Shown: positions 7,568-17,784 of the stretch, in pieces
Layout of the letters: each line of letters begins with the position of its first letter
Position numbering within the stretch: position 1 is the first letter of the stretch
NCBI GenBank assembly: GCA_041690395.1
Contig: JAWLHJ010000001.1
Coordinates: 384,001 to 448,000, forward strand
Length of the DNA: 64,000 bases
Reading direction: 5' to 3'
Origin: Longimicrobiales bacterium
GTDB lineage: Bacteria > Gemmatimonadota > Gemmatimonadetes > Longimicrobiales > Gaopeijiaceae
Position numbers and translations under genes: made by a program
The notes under the pieces: model-generated
What the model saw: only the letters and a program-made list of their open reading frames with translations
Told to the model about the DNA's origin: nothing
Database searches by the model: none

Positions 7568-10500
7568 ATGAGTACCACTGCCGCCACCTCGTTGCCGCTC
7601 ACACCGATGCAGCTCGGCATGCTGTATCACCACCTCCGTGATGAGCAGCGAGGCCTGGATGTCCTTCAGATTGTGGTCGATCTCCGCGAGGACGTGGACG
7701 CCGGAAGACTGCGAAACGCCTGGCAGACCGTGGTTGGACGGCACGAGATGCTTCGGGCCGGCCTGGAGCGGGACGGAGGCCAGCGGGCGTCCTGGATCTT
7801 CCATGACTCGCCGACCGTCGACCTCCAGGTACACGATTGGACCGGGACGTCCGAGTCCGAGCTGGAGGCGCGATTCGAGGCGTTTCTCCAGGATGACCGC
7901 GCCCGGGGTTTTCAGCTCGACCGGCCGCCGCTCACGCGGGTGACGCTGCTGCAGTTCCGAGATGAGCGGTTCCGGTGCGTTTGGACTGTGCCCCACATCG
8001 TGCTTGACGCGGGTTCGTTCGTGCACGTGCTCGACGAGGTGTGGCGCGTGTACCACGCTCTGGGCGAAGGCGTCGATGCGCCGATGCGTCCCGTCCGCCC
8101 GTATTCGGAGTATCTTCTCTGGAGTGCGCAGCACGAGGTCGACGGAGCGCAAGACTTCTGGAGGCCACTTCTCGAAGGGTACACGACCCCCATCGACGTG
8201 GCTGCCGGAGGATCCGTGGACGGCGGCACCCTCGAGCTTCGCCGCGAGCTTCCTGCCGGCCTGACCGCGCGATTGAGCGAGGTGGCGGCAGCGAATAATG
8301 TCCGGTTGAGCACGATGGTGCTTGCGGGCTGGTCCCTCGTGCTCGGCAAGCTGTCGGGCGAGGATGACGTGGTCTTCGGACAGACGCGCGCGGGGCGGCC
8401 CGGCACCGTCGAAGGTGCGGACGAAATGGTGGGCCTGTTCATCAATACGGTACCCACCCGCGCTCGGCTTCCCGCGGAAGGTTCCGTCCGTGATCTGCTG
8501 ACGGAGATCCGGAAACAGCAGGTCGACGTCAGGCCCTTCGAGCATACCCCGCTGCCCGATATCCAGTCGTGGTCCGATCTGCCCCGGAACACGCCTCTCT
8601 TTCAGAGCATCGTAGTCTTTGATCGTGAGACCCTGGCCACGCGTCTTCGTGCGCTCGGCGGCGCCTGGGAGACCAGAGACGCACAGCTGCGTGAGCGACT
8701 CGGTTCGGAGCTCACCGTCCACGTCTACGGCGAAGATCCGATGCAGCTCGTGGCGGTCGCGGACGCGCGGAGGTTCAGTGCGGACCGGGTTCGAGCGATG
8801 CTCGGAGCGCTCGAGGCCGTGCTTCATCAGATGGCGGAGCGCCCGGACGCGAGCGTCGGAGATCTGTCGCTCCTTCCTGCGGCCCTTCGCGATGAAGTCC
8901 TGCACCGCTGGAACGACACGGAACACCCGCTCCCGGCCCAGCGCACCGTCCATGGACAGTTCCGTGAGCGGGTGTCGAGCGCCGAGGCTCGCCCGGCGCT
9001 CCGGGACGGCTCTGTCGCTCTGAGCTACCGCGAGCTCGACCAGCGCTCCAACAGTCTGGCCCGGTACCTGGTCGGCTTGGGTGTCGAGCCGGGCACCCTG
9101 GTCGGGCTGGTCGCGGAACGGTCGGTCGAGGCTATCGTCGGCATGATGGGCATCCTCAAGGCCGGGGGGGCCTATGTTCCCCTCGATCCCGGTTTCCCGC
9201 AGGATCGCCTCGCGTTCATGATCGAGGATTCGGGGGTCGAGATCCTGCTGTCGTCCCGCGCCCGCTTGGCCGATCTGCCGGAACACGGTGCGCGCATCGT
9301 GCACCTCGATGCCGACGGACGGGCCTTCCGGGAGGACGACGCACCTCTCGAGCTCAGGGGTGGACCCGAGGACCTCGCTTACGTGATGTACACATCCGGC
9401 TCCACGGGACGACCCAAGGGCGTCGCGGTCGAGCACCGGAACGTGACCGCGTTCTTCACCGCCATGGACCAGCATCTGGGTACCGATCCGGGTGTATGGC
9501 TCTCGGTCACGACGCTGTCGTTCGACATCTCCGTCCTGGAACTGCTCTGGACGCTGACCCGCGGGTTCGAAGTCGTCCTCTACGACGACGAGCGCTCGGC
9601 GCCGGCACCGGTCGAGACGCCTTCGAAGGCGTCGGCGAAGTCCACGCGCTCCATCGACTTCAGCCTGTTCTACTTCTCGGCCGACGAGGGCGCTGACCCG
9701 GGCCAGAAGTACCAGCTTCTCATGGAGGGCGCTCGCTTCGCCGATCGCAACGGGTTCAAGGCGGTCTGGACGCCGGAGCGCCACTTCCACGCGTTCGGAG
9801 GTCTCTATCCGAATCCGGCGGTGACCGGGGCCGCGGTCGCGGCCATCACGGAGCATGTGGAGATCCGGTCGGGAAGCGTGGTGCTTCCGCTCCATCACCC
9901 GGCCCGGGTCGCGGAAGAGTGGGCCGTCGTGGACAACATCTCAGGCGGCCGGGTCGGGGTATCGTTCGCGTCGGGGTGGCAGTCCGACGACTTCTGCCTC
10001 CGCCCGGACAACTACGAAGACCGGAAGGAGTACCTTTACGAGGCCATCGAGACCGTCCGGAAGCTCTGGCGGGGTGAGACCCTCCAATTCCCTGGTCCCA
10101 AGGGGGACGTGGCGGTGCGGACGCTCCCGCGGCCCATCCAAGACGAGCTGCCCATCTGGGTGACCACGGCGGGCAGCGTCGAGTCGTTCGAGTCGGCAGG
10201 CAAGATCGGCGCGAACATCCTGACGCACCTCCTCGGCCAGTCTGTCGAAGACATCACCGAGAAGATCCAGGTGTACCGTGAGGCGCGTGAGAAGGCCGGT
10301 CATGAGGGGCCGGGCACGGTCTCGCTCATGCTGCACACGTTCGTGGGCGGGGACGACGCGGACGTGCGTGAGCGGGTCCGAGAACCCATGAAGGCCTACC
10401 TGAAGACCGCCGTCGGCCTGATGAAGAACTTCCACCAGGCGTGGGAGATCTACAAAGACCGGTCTCGCCAAAAGGACCGCGCGGAGGGCGGATTCGGGAG

Positions 10501-11953
10501 CCTGTCCGACGAGGACATGGATTCGCTCCTCGACTTCGCGTTCGAGCGGTATTACGAGACCAGCGGTCTGTTCGGATCCGTCGACCGGTGCATGGAGCGC
10601 ATCGAGCAGCTTCGAGAGGCCGGAGTCGATGACATCGCGTGCCTCGTCGATTTCGGGGTCGACACGGCCACGACGCTCGCGCACCTCGACCAGCTCGCCG
10701 AGTTGCGCACCCGGGTGAAGCAACTCGAGACGGAGTCGGGCTCCGCAGAAGACGGTCTGCCCGTGGGCTTCGCCGCGCAGGTGAAGAGCGCGGGCGTCAC
10801 CCACCTGCAGGCCACGCCGTCGCGGATGCGGATGTTCCTCGCGGATCCCGAAGCCAAGGAGGCGCTGGGTCGGCTCCAGGCCGTGCTCGTCGGGGGCGAG
10901 GCTTTCCCCGGACCGATGGCGGACGAGCTCCTGCGCGCCGGTCCGAATCGGTTGCTCAACGTGTACGGACCGACCGAGACGACGATCTGGTCATCCATAC
11001 GAGAGGTTCAGCCCGAAGACGCCGAGGAGGCGGTGGTCCCCATCGGCCGGCCGTTGGCCAACGAGCGCCTCTACGTGGTCGACGGCAACGCGAACCCCGT
11101 GCCCCCCGGTGTCCCCGGAGAGCTGTGGATCGGGGGAGCGGGCGTCGTGAGAGGCTACCTGGACCGGCCCGAGCTCACCGCGGATCGTTTTCTGCCCGAC
11201 CCGTTCCTCCCCGACTCCGACGCACGGGTCTACCGGACCGGTGACCTGGTGCGGCAGCGGGACGACGGTGTCGTCGACTTCATGGGCCGCATCGACCACC
11301 AGGTGAAGATCCGCGGCCACAGGATCGAGCTCGGCGAGATCGACGCCGTACTCGTGGGCCACTCGGGCGTCGAGAGCGCCGTGACGGTGGTCCAGGAGCG
11401 CGGCCCCTCTGACGTGAGGCTCGTCTCCTACTACGTGCCGACCCGTCCCGGCGATGCATCGGAGGACGAGCTCCGTGAACAGTTGGCGCGTTCGCTTCCC
11501 GACGTGATGGTGCCGTCGATGTTGGTCCCGATCGACGAGATGCCGATGACGCCCAACGGGAAGGTCGACCGGAAGGCCCTTCCGGAGCCTTCCGCGGCAC
11601 GAGCCGGGAGTCGGCCCGCCGCTCCGGCCGCCACCCCGCGGAACGAGCTCGAGCGCCGCATCGCGGCCATCTGGATGGAGGAGCTCGGTGTACAGAATCT
11701 GAGCATCGACGAGAACTTCTTCGACGCGGGGGGACATTCGTTGTTGGCTGTCCAGGTCCAGTCCCGGCTCCAGACGGAGCTCGAACGGCGGATTCCTCTG
11801 ACCGATCTGTTCCGGTTTTCGACGGTACGCGGTCTCGCCGAGCATCTCGGTGCGGACGAGAAGGAGTCGGCGGCGGAGCAGGGCCTCGATCGCGCGGCCA
11901 TGAGGCGGAGGGCCCGAGGCGGGCGTCCTTCCTCGGGAGGGACGACGTCGTGA
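7568..11953 (+). CDS. NRPS1: C - A(Gly-type, interrupted by a luciferase-like monooxygenase) - PCP
   Basis: C: PLTPMQLGMLYH, PHIVLDAG, GLFINTVP. A: YTSGSTGRPKG, FDISVLE, YGPTETTIW, YRTGDL, NGKVDR. LLM insert at about 9600-10760: FSLFYF, WTPERHFHAFGGLYPNP, AEEWAVVDNISGGR, CLVDFG. PCP: FFDAGGHSL. Confidence 0.95.
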   Translation: MSTTAATSLPLTPMQLGMLYHHLRDEQRGLDVLQIVVDLREDVDAGRLRNAWQTVVGRHEMLRAGLERDGGQRASWIFHDSPTVDLQVHDWTGTSESELEARFEAFLQDDRARGFQLDRPPLTRVTLLQFRDERFRCVWTVPHIVLDAGSFVHVLDEVWRVYHALGEGVDAPMRPVRPYSEYLLWSAQHEVDGAQDFWRPLLEGYTTPIDVAAGGSVDGGTLELRRELPAGLTARLSEVAAANNVRLSTMVLAGWSLVLGKLSGEDDVVFGQTRAGRPGTVEGADEMVGLFINTVPTRARLPAEGSVRDLLTEIRKQQVDVRPFEHTPLPDIQSWSDLPRNTPLFQSIVVFDRETLATRLRALGGAWETRDAQLRERLGSELTVHVYGEDPMQLVAVADARRFSADRVRAMLGALEAVLHQMAERPDASVGDLSLLPAALRDEVLHRWNDTEHPLPAQRTVHGQFRERVSSAEARPALRDGSVALSYRELDQRSNSLARYLVGLGVEPGTLVGLVAERSVEAIVGMMGILKAGGAYVPLDPGFPQDRLAFMIEDSGVEILLSSRARLADLPEHGARIVHLDADGRAFREDDAPLELRGGPEDLAYVMYTSGSTGRPKGVAVEHRNVTAFFTAMDQHLGTDPGVWLSVTTLSFDISVLELLWTLTRGFEVVLYDDERSAPAPVETPSKASAKSTRSIDFSLFYFSADEGADPGQKYQLLMEGARFADRNGFKAVWTPERHFHAFGGLYPNPAVTGAAVAAITEHVEIRSGSVVLPLHHPARVAEEWAVVDNISGGRVGVSFASGWQSDDFCLRPDNYEDRKEYLYEAIETVRKLWRGETLQFPGPKGDVAVRTLPRPIQDELPIWVTTAGSVESFESAGKIGANILTHLLGQSVEDITEKIQVYREAREKAGHEGPGTVSLMLHTFVGGDDADVRERVREPMKAYLKTAVGLMKNFHQAWEIYKDRSRQKDRAEGGFGSLSDEDMDSLLDFAFERYYETSGLFGSVDRCMERIEQLREAGVDDIACLVDFGVDTATTLAHLDQLAELRTRVKQLETESGSAEDGLPVGFAAQVKSAGVTHLQATPSRMRMFLADPEAKEALGRLQAVLVGGEAFPGPMADELLRAGPNRLLNVYGPTETTIWSSIREVQPEDAEEAVVPIGRPLANERLYVVDGNANPVPPGVPGELWIGGAGVVRGYLDRPELTADRFLPDPFLPDSDARVYRTGDLVRQRDDGVVDFMGRIDHQVKIRGHRIELGEIDAVLVGHSGVESAVTVVQERGPSDVRLVSYYVPTRPGDASEDELREQLARSLPDVMVPSMLVPIDEMPMTPNGKVDRKALPEPSAARAGSRPAAPAATPRNELERRIAAIWMEELGVQNLSIDENFFDAGGHSLLAVQVQSRLQTELERRIPLTDLFRFSTVRGLAEHLGADEKESAAEQGLDRAAMRRRARGGRPSSGGTTS

Positions 11954-14900
11954 CCGATTCCCGCATTCCCGAAGGCGCCATCGCCATCGTCGGCATGTCG
12001 GGTCGTTTTCCCGGCGCCGCCGACGTGGACGCGTTCTGGCGGAACCTCCGCGAGGGGCGCGAGAGCATCGCGCGTCTCGAGGACTCGGTGCTCGAGGCGG
12101 CCGGGGTGCACAGGTCCCTGCTCGACGACCCCCACTTCGTGAAGGCCGAGGCCGTCCTCGACCGCATGGAGTACTTCGACGCGGGCTTCTTCGGCATGAG
12201 TCCGAAGGACGCGGCGATCATGGATCCGCAGGTCCGGCACATCCTGGAGTGTGCTTGGCACGCGCTCGAGCACGCGGGTCACGTGCCGGAGCGTTTCGGG
12301 GGGAACGTGGGGGTCTTCGCCGGGTGCGGGGTCAGCTCGTACTTCTGGCAGAACGTGTTGGCCAACGATGAGCTTCGGGATTCGGTCGGATTCTTCCTGC
12401 TTCGCCACACCGGCAACGACAAGGACTTCCTCTCGACCCGGATCTCGTACGAGTTCGACCTCAAGGGTCCGAGCGTGGGTGTCCAGACGGCGTGCTCGAC
12501 TTCCCTGGTGGCCGTTCATTACGCCTGTCAGAGCCTCCTGAGCTGGGAGTGCGACATGGCCCTGGCCGGAGGGGTGACCATCAACCAGCCGCACGGCCGG
12601 GGCTACGTCTACCAGGAAGGGGAGATCCTCTCGCCGGACGGACACTGCAGGTCGTTCGACCACGAGGCCGGAGGTACGGTCTTCGGCAGCGGTGTAGGCG
12701 TCGTCGTCCTCCGGCGTCTCGAGGAGGCCCTGGAAGACGGCGATACGATCCACGCCGTCATCCGCGGCTCGGCCGTGAACAACGATGGCTCGGGCAAGGT
12801 GAGCTACCTGGCGCCCAGCGTGGACGGCCAGGCGAAGGCCATTGCGGAAGCGGTGTCCGTCGCGGGCGTGGACGCCTACTCCATCGGGTTCGTGGAAGGT
12901 CACGGGACCGCCACGCCCATCGGCGACCCCATCGAGGTGGCGGCGCTCACCCAGGCGTTCCGGACCCAGACCGAGAAGACCGGCTTCTGTGCCCTGGGCT
13001 CCGTGAAGTCGAACATCGGGCACCTGGACACCGCCGCCGGCGTCGCGAGCCTGATCAAGGTCGTCCAGGCGCTGAAGCACGCGGAGATTCCCCCGACCGT
13101 GCACTTCGACGCACCCAACCCGCAGCTCGAGCTCCCGTCGACCCCGTTCTTCATCAACAACCAGACCATCCCGTGGCCCCGTGTGGGTGACCGGCGCCGG
13201 GCCGGCGTGAGCTCGCTGGGCGTGGGCGGGACGAACGCCCATGTCGTCGTCGAGGAGGCGCCCGCGCAACGTGCCGCTGGAGAGGGAAGGCCCTGGCACC
13301 TGCTGCCCGTCTCCGGGCGCTCGAGGGGCGTGGTCGAGGCGGCGTCACGCAATCTCGTCGAGCACCTCGAGGCGCACCCGGACGAGGCGCTCGCGGACGT
13401 TTCGTATACGCTGCGCCATGGGCGCAAGGCGTTCGATCATCGTCGGGCCGTGGTGTGCAGGTCAGCGGAGGAGGCCATCGACGTGCTGGCGACCGGGCAG
13501 GGCGAGCGCCTGGTCGACGGAGTCGCCAAGGTCCGTGGGCGGGACGTCGTCTTCCTCTTCGCCGGGGGAGGCGCACAGTACCCGGACATGGGCCGGGCGC
13601 TGTACGAGCAGGAGCCCGTCTACCGGGAGGTCGTGGACCGGTTGCTCACCCACTTCGACCGGGAAGCCGACTTCGATCTCAGGGCGCTGCTCTACCCCGA
13701 GGCTGCGGCGGCGGAGGAGGCCGGGAAGTCGCTCCAGCGGCCCTCCAGGGCCCTTCCGGCGCTCTTCATCACGCAGTACGCGCAGGCGCGTCTCTGGATG
13801 TCGTGGGGCATCGAGCCGACTTCGATGATCGGGCACTCCATGGGTGAGTACACCGCTGCCTGTCTGGCCGGGGTCTTCTCGCCGGAGGAAGCCCTGTCGC
13901 TCGTGAGCCTTCGGGGGCGTCTGTTCGAAACCCTTCCGCCTGGTGCCATGACGAGCGTGAACGTGGGCGTCGAGGAGGTCGAGCCGCATCTCGGACCCGA
14001 GCTCTCCATCGCCGCCGTGAACGCCCCCGAGCTGACGTTGGTCGCTGGACCGGTGGCGGCCGTCGAGGCCTTGGAGAGCCGCCTCGCCGACCTGGAGATC
14101 GATACGCGGCGCGTGCGCATCGACGTCGCGGCCCACTCCGCCATGCTCGAGCCCATTCTCGAGGAGTTCGGGAGGTACCTCTCGGGCCTCCGGCTGTCCG
14201 AGCCCGAGCGGCCGTTCGTGTCGAACCTCACCGGCGCCCCCGTCCAGCCTGGCGAGGTCACGACCGCGGAGTACTGGGTCCGGCACCTCCGCGAGACCGT
14301 CCGGTTCGGTTCGGGGCTCTCGTCGCTCCTCGCGCCCGACGGCCCGGTGCTTCTCGAGGTCGGCCCCGGCCGCACCCTCGCGACCCTGGCCAAGCTCCAT
14401 CCGGAGCGGACGCCTGAGCAGCCCATCGCGCACTCGCTCCCGCATCCGGACGAGATCGGCGACGCCCAGGCATTCCACCTGACCGCACTCGGCCAGATCT
14501 GGGCCCACGGTGTCGACATCGACTGGTCCCTGTTCGACGCGGGCTTCTCGAACCGCAGGACTCCGTTGCCCGGCTACCCGTTCGAGCGGGAGCCGTACTT
14601 CATCGAGGCTCCGGCGCCGCGTGAGGCGCGGGAAGGCGCTTCGGACAGCGCGGCCGAGGCAGCCAAGGGCTCGGACCGCGAAGAGGATGTGTCCCGGTGG
14701 TTCTACAGGCGACAGTGGTCGGCAGCGGATGCACCCGCTGCCCGTGAGCTATCAGGCAAGCGGGTCCTGGTGCTGGCGGATGAAGACTCCAGGGGGGCGG
14801 CGTTGGCCGACGAGCTCGGTCGTCGTGGGGCTACCGTCCTGCGGGTCCGTGCCGGGAAGACGTTCCGGGAAGTCTCGGAGGGAGCCGTGTTCGAGCTTTC

Positions 14901-17784
14901 GCCGGGCTCGCGTCAGGACTGGGACGATCTGGCGAGGACACTGCATAGCGCTGCTCTCATGCCGGGCGTCGTGGTCCATGCCTGGTCACTCGACGGGTCC
15001 GGCGACAACGGGGCGACGGACGATCTCGAAGCTCGAGCGTTCCACGCGCCGCTGCGGCTGTTCCAGGCGTTCGAGTCGACCGCCCCTGGACTTCCGATGG
15101 ACTTCGTCGCTCTGAGCACAGGGTTCTGGCACGCAGACGCCGGAACGACCCTCGAGCCGACGCACGCGTTGCTTCTCGGCCCCGTCCGTGTCGTACCGCG
15201 CGAGATCCCGACCGTGCGCGCACGACTGATCGACGCGTCGCCCGCGGTAGATCTGGCGCGAATCGCCGACGAGATTGGGTCGTCGGCGGCCGAGCCGGTG
15301 GTCGCACTCACGCCCGCCGAACGGTTCGTGGAGTCGTTCGATCGCACGCCGGTGGCCGCCGGCACGGACGACCGGGTCGTCCGCGACGGCGGTGCCTATC
15401 TCATCACCGGCGGGCTCGGAGGGATCGGGCTGGTGATTGCGCGTACCATGGCTTGCAAGGCCAAGGTGCGGCTCGCCCTGGTAGGCCGGAGCGGGCTTCC
15501 CGCAGCCGAGGCGCGGGATGCCTGGCTGCGCGAGCACCCAGCCACCGACAAGACGAGCAGGGCCATTCGTGAAGTCCAGGCGCTCGAGGCCATGGGCGCC
15601 GAGGTCGAGGTGTACGCCGCGGACGTCACCGACGCTTCGGCCGTCGACAACCTCGTGGCCACCGTTCACAAGCGGTTCGGAGCCATCGACGGCGTCGTGC
15701 ACGCGGCGGGCGTCCTCGACGACGGCCCGCTTCTGGGGCGCGAAGACGAGCGGATCCGGAGCGTGCTCGAGCCCAAGGTGCGCGGGGCCAGGGAGCTCGA
15801 CCGGGCCCTGACCGAGGCGGGCATTGAGCCGGCGTTCTTCGCTGTCTTCTCTTCCAGCAGCTCCGTGATCGGCGCGGCCGGACAGCTCGACTATACCGCG
15901 GCCAACGCGTTCCTGGACGCCTTCGCGGAGTCCCGGTCGGAACGTGCCGGGGGACGCACCGTCTCCATAGGCTGGGGCCCCTGGCGAGACGTCGGGATGG
16001 CCGCCGAGCTGACGGGCACGGACCGGTACGACGAGGATGTGTTGGCCGACGAGGGTGGGGCTCGACTCGAGCATCACCTGTTCGACACGCGCTCCGGCAC
16101 AGCCGGTGACATCGGGTTCCGTGCGCGCTTCGAGGTCGGTACCCACTGGATGCTCGACGAGCACCGGGTGAAGGATGGCGGATGGGTGCTGCCGGGGTCG
16201 GGGTATGTCGAGCTCGTGCACGCCGCCTATCGCGAAGCGGTGGGACAGCCCCCCGCGCTGCTCAAGGATCTGGTCTTCCTCCGCCCCTTCGGTGTCACCC
16301 GCGAGGAACCGCGGGAACTGGAGGTACGGTTGTCCGCGAACGGGGAGGGATTCGAGGCCGTCTTGCGAGGCCGCAGCAACGAGAATGACGCCTGGGTCGA
16401 GCATGCGACGGCCTGGGTGGGTGATGCGCCCGAAGAGCACGCTCCGCATGCGGCGACGAGCGTCCAGGAGGTCCGGGGGCGGTTCGATGCACCCACCTCG
16501 GACGGGCGAGGGGTGCACCCGTTCATGGACTTCGGTCCGCGGTGGAACAACGTCACGGGCTCCACGGCCCAGGGCCGCGAGGCGCTCCTGGAACTGGCGT
16601 TGCCGGAGGAGTTTCACGACGACCTCGGGTCGTTCCACCTCCACCCGGCGCTTCTCGACACGGCCACGGCCGGCGCGCAGGACCTCATCGAGGAGCTCGA
16701 TCGGGGCGATGGGGCCCTGGTCCCCGTGGGATATGGAGCGGTACGCGTCCATGGTGCGTTCGCGCCGCGGATGAGCAGCCATGTCGCACTGAAGGAAGTC
16801 GATGACGAAGCCTCGTTCGCGAGCTTCGACGTCGGGATCTACGACGAGGAAGGTGCACTCGTCGCCGAGATTTCCGACTTCAGCATGATGCGGGTCACCC
16901 AGGGCCAGCTTTCGGAGGGCGAGGGTGGCTCGGACGCCCCCGGATGGCTCCAGAATGCCATTGGGCCGAGAGACGGAGGCGAGGCCTTCCTGCGGATCGC
17001 CGAAAGCGATGTCTCAGGCCACATCCTGGTAAGCCCTCGCCCGCTCGGTGCCGTCATCGCCGAAGCCGGTGAGGCAAGCTCGAATGCGGGCGCCCGCAAG
17101 AGCACCAGAAAGCCGGTCCCGCAGGTCGATGTGAGGCCCGTCGAAGCCGCACTGGAGGAGCACGAGGCCGTGGCGGAGGCCGCGGTCCTCGCGGCCGCGG
17201 ACGTGGGTGGTGGCGTGCGTCTCGTCGCCTTCGTCGCGTTCGAAGCCGGACTCCATGCCACCGTAAGCGAGATCCGCCGGCACGTGCGAAGGCTCGTTCC
17301 GCCCGAGTCCGTGCCGAAGAACTTCGTCGAGCTTCCGGAGATCCCGCGCGACGAGGAGGGGCGGCTCCTTCGCTCCGAGCTGCGAGACCCCTTCGCCGAG
17401 GTCGACGACTACGTGGCCCCGCGCACGCCTACCGAAGAGGCACTGGCCGCGATCTGGCAGGACCTGCTCGGGCTCGACCGGGTGAGTGTCCACGACAACT
17501 TCCTCGACGTCGGAGGCCACTCACTGGTGGGGATTCGCGCCATCGTCAGGACGGAGAAGGAGACGGGTGTCCGCATTCACGCCAACGCGCTTACGCTGCA
17601 GTCCCTCGCGCAGATCGCCGAAGATATCGAAAGGAAGGGTGGAGGGGTGAGGACGGCTACCGTGCCCGAGGGCACGGGGCCGGAAGCCGTAACCGAGGCA
17701 GCGGCGGAGGTCGATGAGGCTCCGGGCAGTACCGACGACGGTGGATTCCTCTCCCGCGTAAAGAAGGTGATCGTAGGACGATGA
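11950..17784 (+). CDS. Type I PKS: KS - AT - KR - DH - vestigial A-domain C-terminal subdomain - PCP-type carrier
   Basis: KS triad VQTACSTS / GHGTAT / NIGHLD. AT GHSMGE, VAAHS. KR ITGGLGGIG, HAAGVLDD, YTAAN. DH LDEHRV...VLPGSGY, HPALLD. Carrier NFLDVGGHSL. GTGA overlap with NRPS1. Confidence 0.95.
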   Translation: MTDSRIPEGAIAIVGMSGRFPGAADVDAFWRNLREGRESIARLEDSVLEAAGVHRSLLDDPHFVKAEAVLDRMEYFDAGFFGMSPKDAAIMDPQVRHILECAWHALEHAGHVPERFGGNVGVFAGCGVSSYFWQNVLANDELRDSVGFFLLRHTGNDKDFLSTRISYEFDLKGPSVGVQTACSTSLVAVHYACQSLLSWECDMALAGGVTINQPHGRGYVYQEGEILSPDGHCRSFDHEAGGTVFGSGVGVVVLRRLEEALEDGDTIHAVIRGSAVNNDGSGKVSYLAPSVDGQAKAIAEAVSVAGVDAYSIGFVEGHGTATPIGDPIEVAALTQAFRTQTEKTGFCALGSVKSNIGHLDTAAGVASLIKVVQALKHAEIPPTVHFDAPNPQLELPSTPFFINNQTIPWPRVGDRRRAGVSSLGVGGTNAHVVVEEAPAQRAAGEGRPWHLLPVSGRSRGVVEAASRNLVEHLEAHPDEALADVSYTLRHGRKAFDHRRAVVCRSAEEAIDVLATGQGERLVDGVAKVRGRDVVFLFAGGGAQYPDMGRALYEQEPVYREVVDRLLTHFDREADFDLRALLYPEAAAAEEAGKSLQRPSRALPALFITQYAQARLWMSWGIEPTSMIGHSMGEYTAACLAGVFSPEEALSLVSLRGRLFETLPPGAMTSVNVGVEEVEPHLGPELSIAAVNAPELTLVAGPVAAVEALESRLADLEIDTRRVRIDVAAHSAMLEPILEEFGRYLSGLRLSEPERPFVSNLTGAPVQPGEVTTAEYWVRHLRETVRFGSGLSSLLAPDGPVLLEVGPGRTLATLAKLHPERTPEQPIAHSLPHPDEIGDAQAFHLTALGQIWAHGVDIDWSLFDAGFSNRRTPLPGYPFEREPYFIEAPAPREAREGASDSAAEAAKGSDREEDVSRWFYRRQWSAADAPAARELSGKRVLVLADEDSRGAALADELGRRGATVLRVRAGKTFREVSEGAVFELSPGSRQDWDDLARTLHSAALMPGVVVHAWSLDGSGDNGATDDLEARAFHAPLRLFQAFESTAPGLPMDFVALSTGFWHADAGTTLEPTHALLLGPVRVVPREIPTVRARLIDASPAVDLARIADEIGSSAAEPVVALTPAERFVESFDRTPVAAGTDDRVVRDGGAYLITGGLGGIGLVIARTMACKAKVRLALVGRSGLPAAEARDAWLREHPATDKTSRAIREVQALEAMGAEVEVYAADVTDASAVDNLVATVHKRFGAIDGVVHAAGVLDDGPLLGREDERIRSVLEPKVRGARELDRALTEAGIEPAFFAVFSSSSSVIGAAGQLDYTAANAFLDAFAESRSERAGGRTVSIGWGPWRDVGMAAELTGTDRYDEDVLADEGGARLEHHLFDTRSGTAGDIGFRARFEVGTHWMLDEHRVKDGGWVLPGSGYVELVHAAYREAVGQPPALLKDLVFLRPFGVTREEPRELEVRLSANGEGFEAVLRGRSNENDAWVEHATAWVGDAPEEHAPHAATSVQEVRGRFDAPTSDGRGVHPFMDFGPRWNNVTGSTAQGREALLELALPEEFHDDLGSFHLHPALLDTATAGAQDLIEELDRGDGALVPVGYGAVRVHGAFAPRMSSHVALKEVDDEASFASFDVGIYDEEGALVAEISDFSMMRVTQGQLSEGEGGSDAPGWLQNAIGPRDGGEAFLRIAESDVSGHILVSPRPLGAVIAEAGEASSNAGARKSTRKPVPQVDVRPVEAALEEHEAVAEAAVLAAADVGGGVRLVAFVAFEAGLHATVSEIRRHVRRLVPPESVPKNFVELPEIPRDEEGRLLRSELRDPFAEVDDYVAPRTPTEEALAAIWQDLLGLDRVSVHDNFLDVGGHSLVGIRAIVRTEKETGVRIHANALTLQSLAQIAEDIERKGGGVRTATVPEGTGPEAVTEAAAEVDEAPGSTDDGGFLSRVKKVIVGR

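Noticed and set aside
7484..9898. 804-aa minus-strand ORF
   Set aside because: Antisense shadow of NRPS1. High-GC codon bias suppresses stops on the opposite strand, and no motifs are recognisable.
11431..16782. Long minus-strand ORFs (622, 348 and 598 aa)
   Set aside because: Antisense to PKS domains that have intact catalytic motifs.
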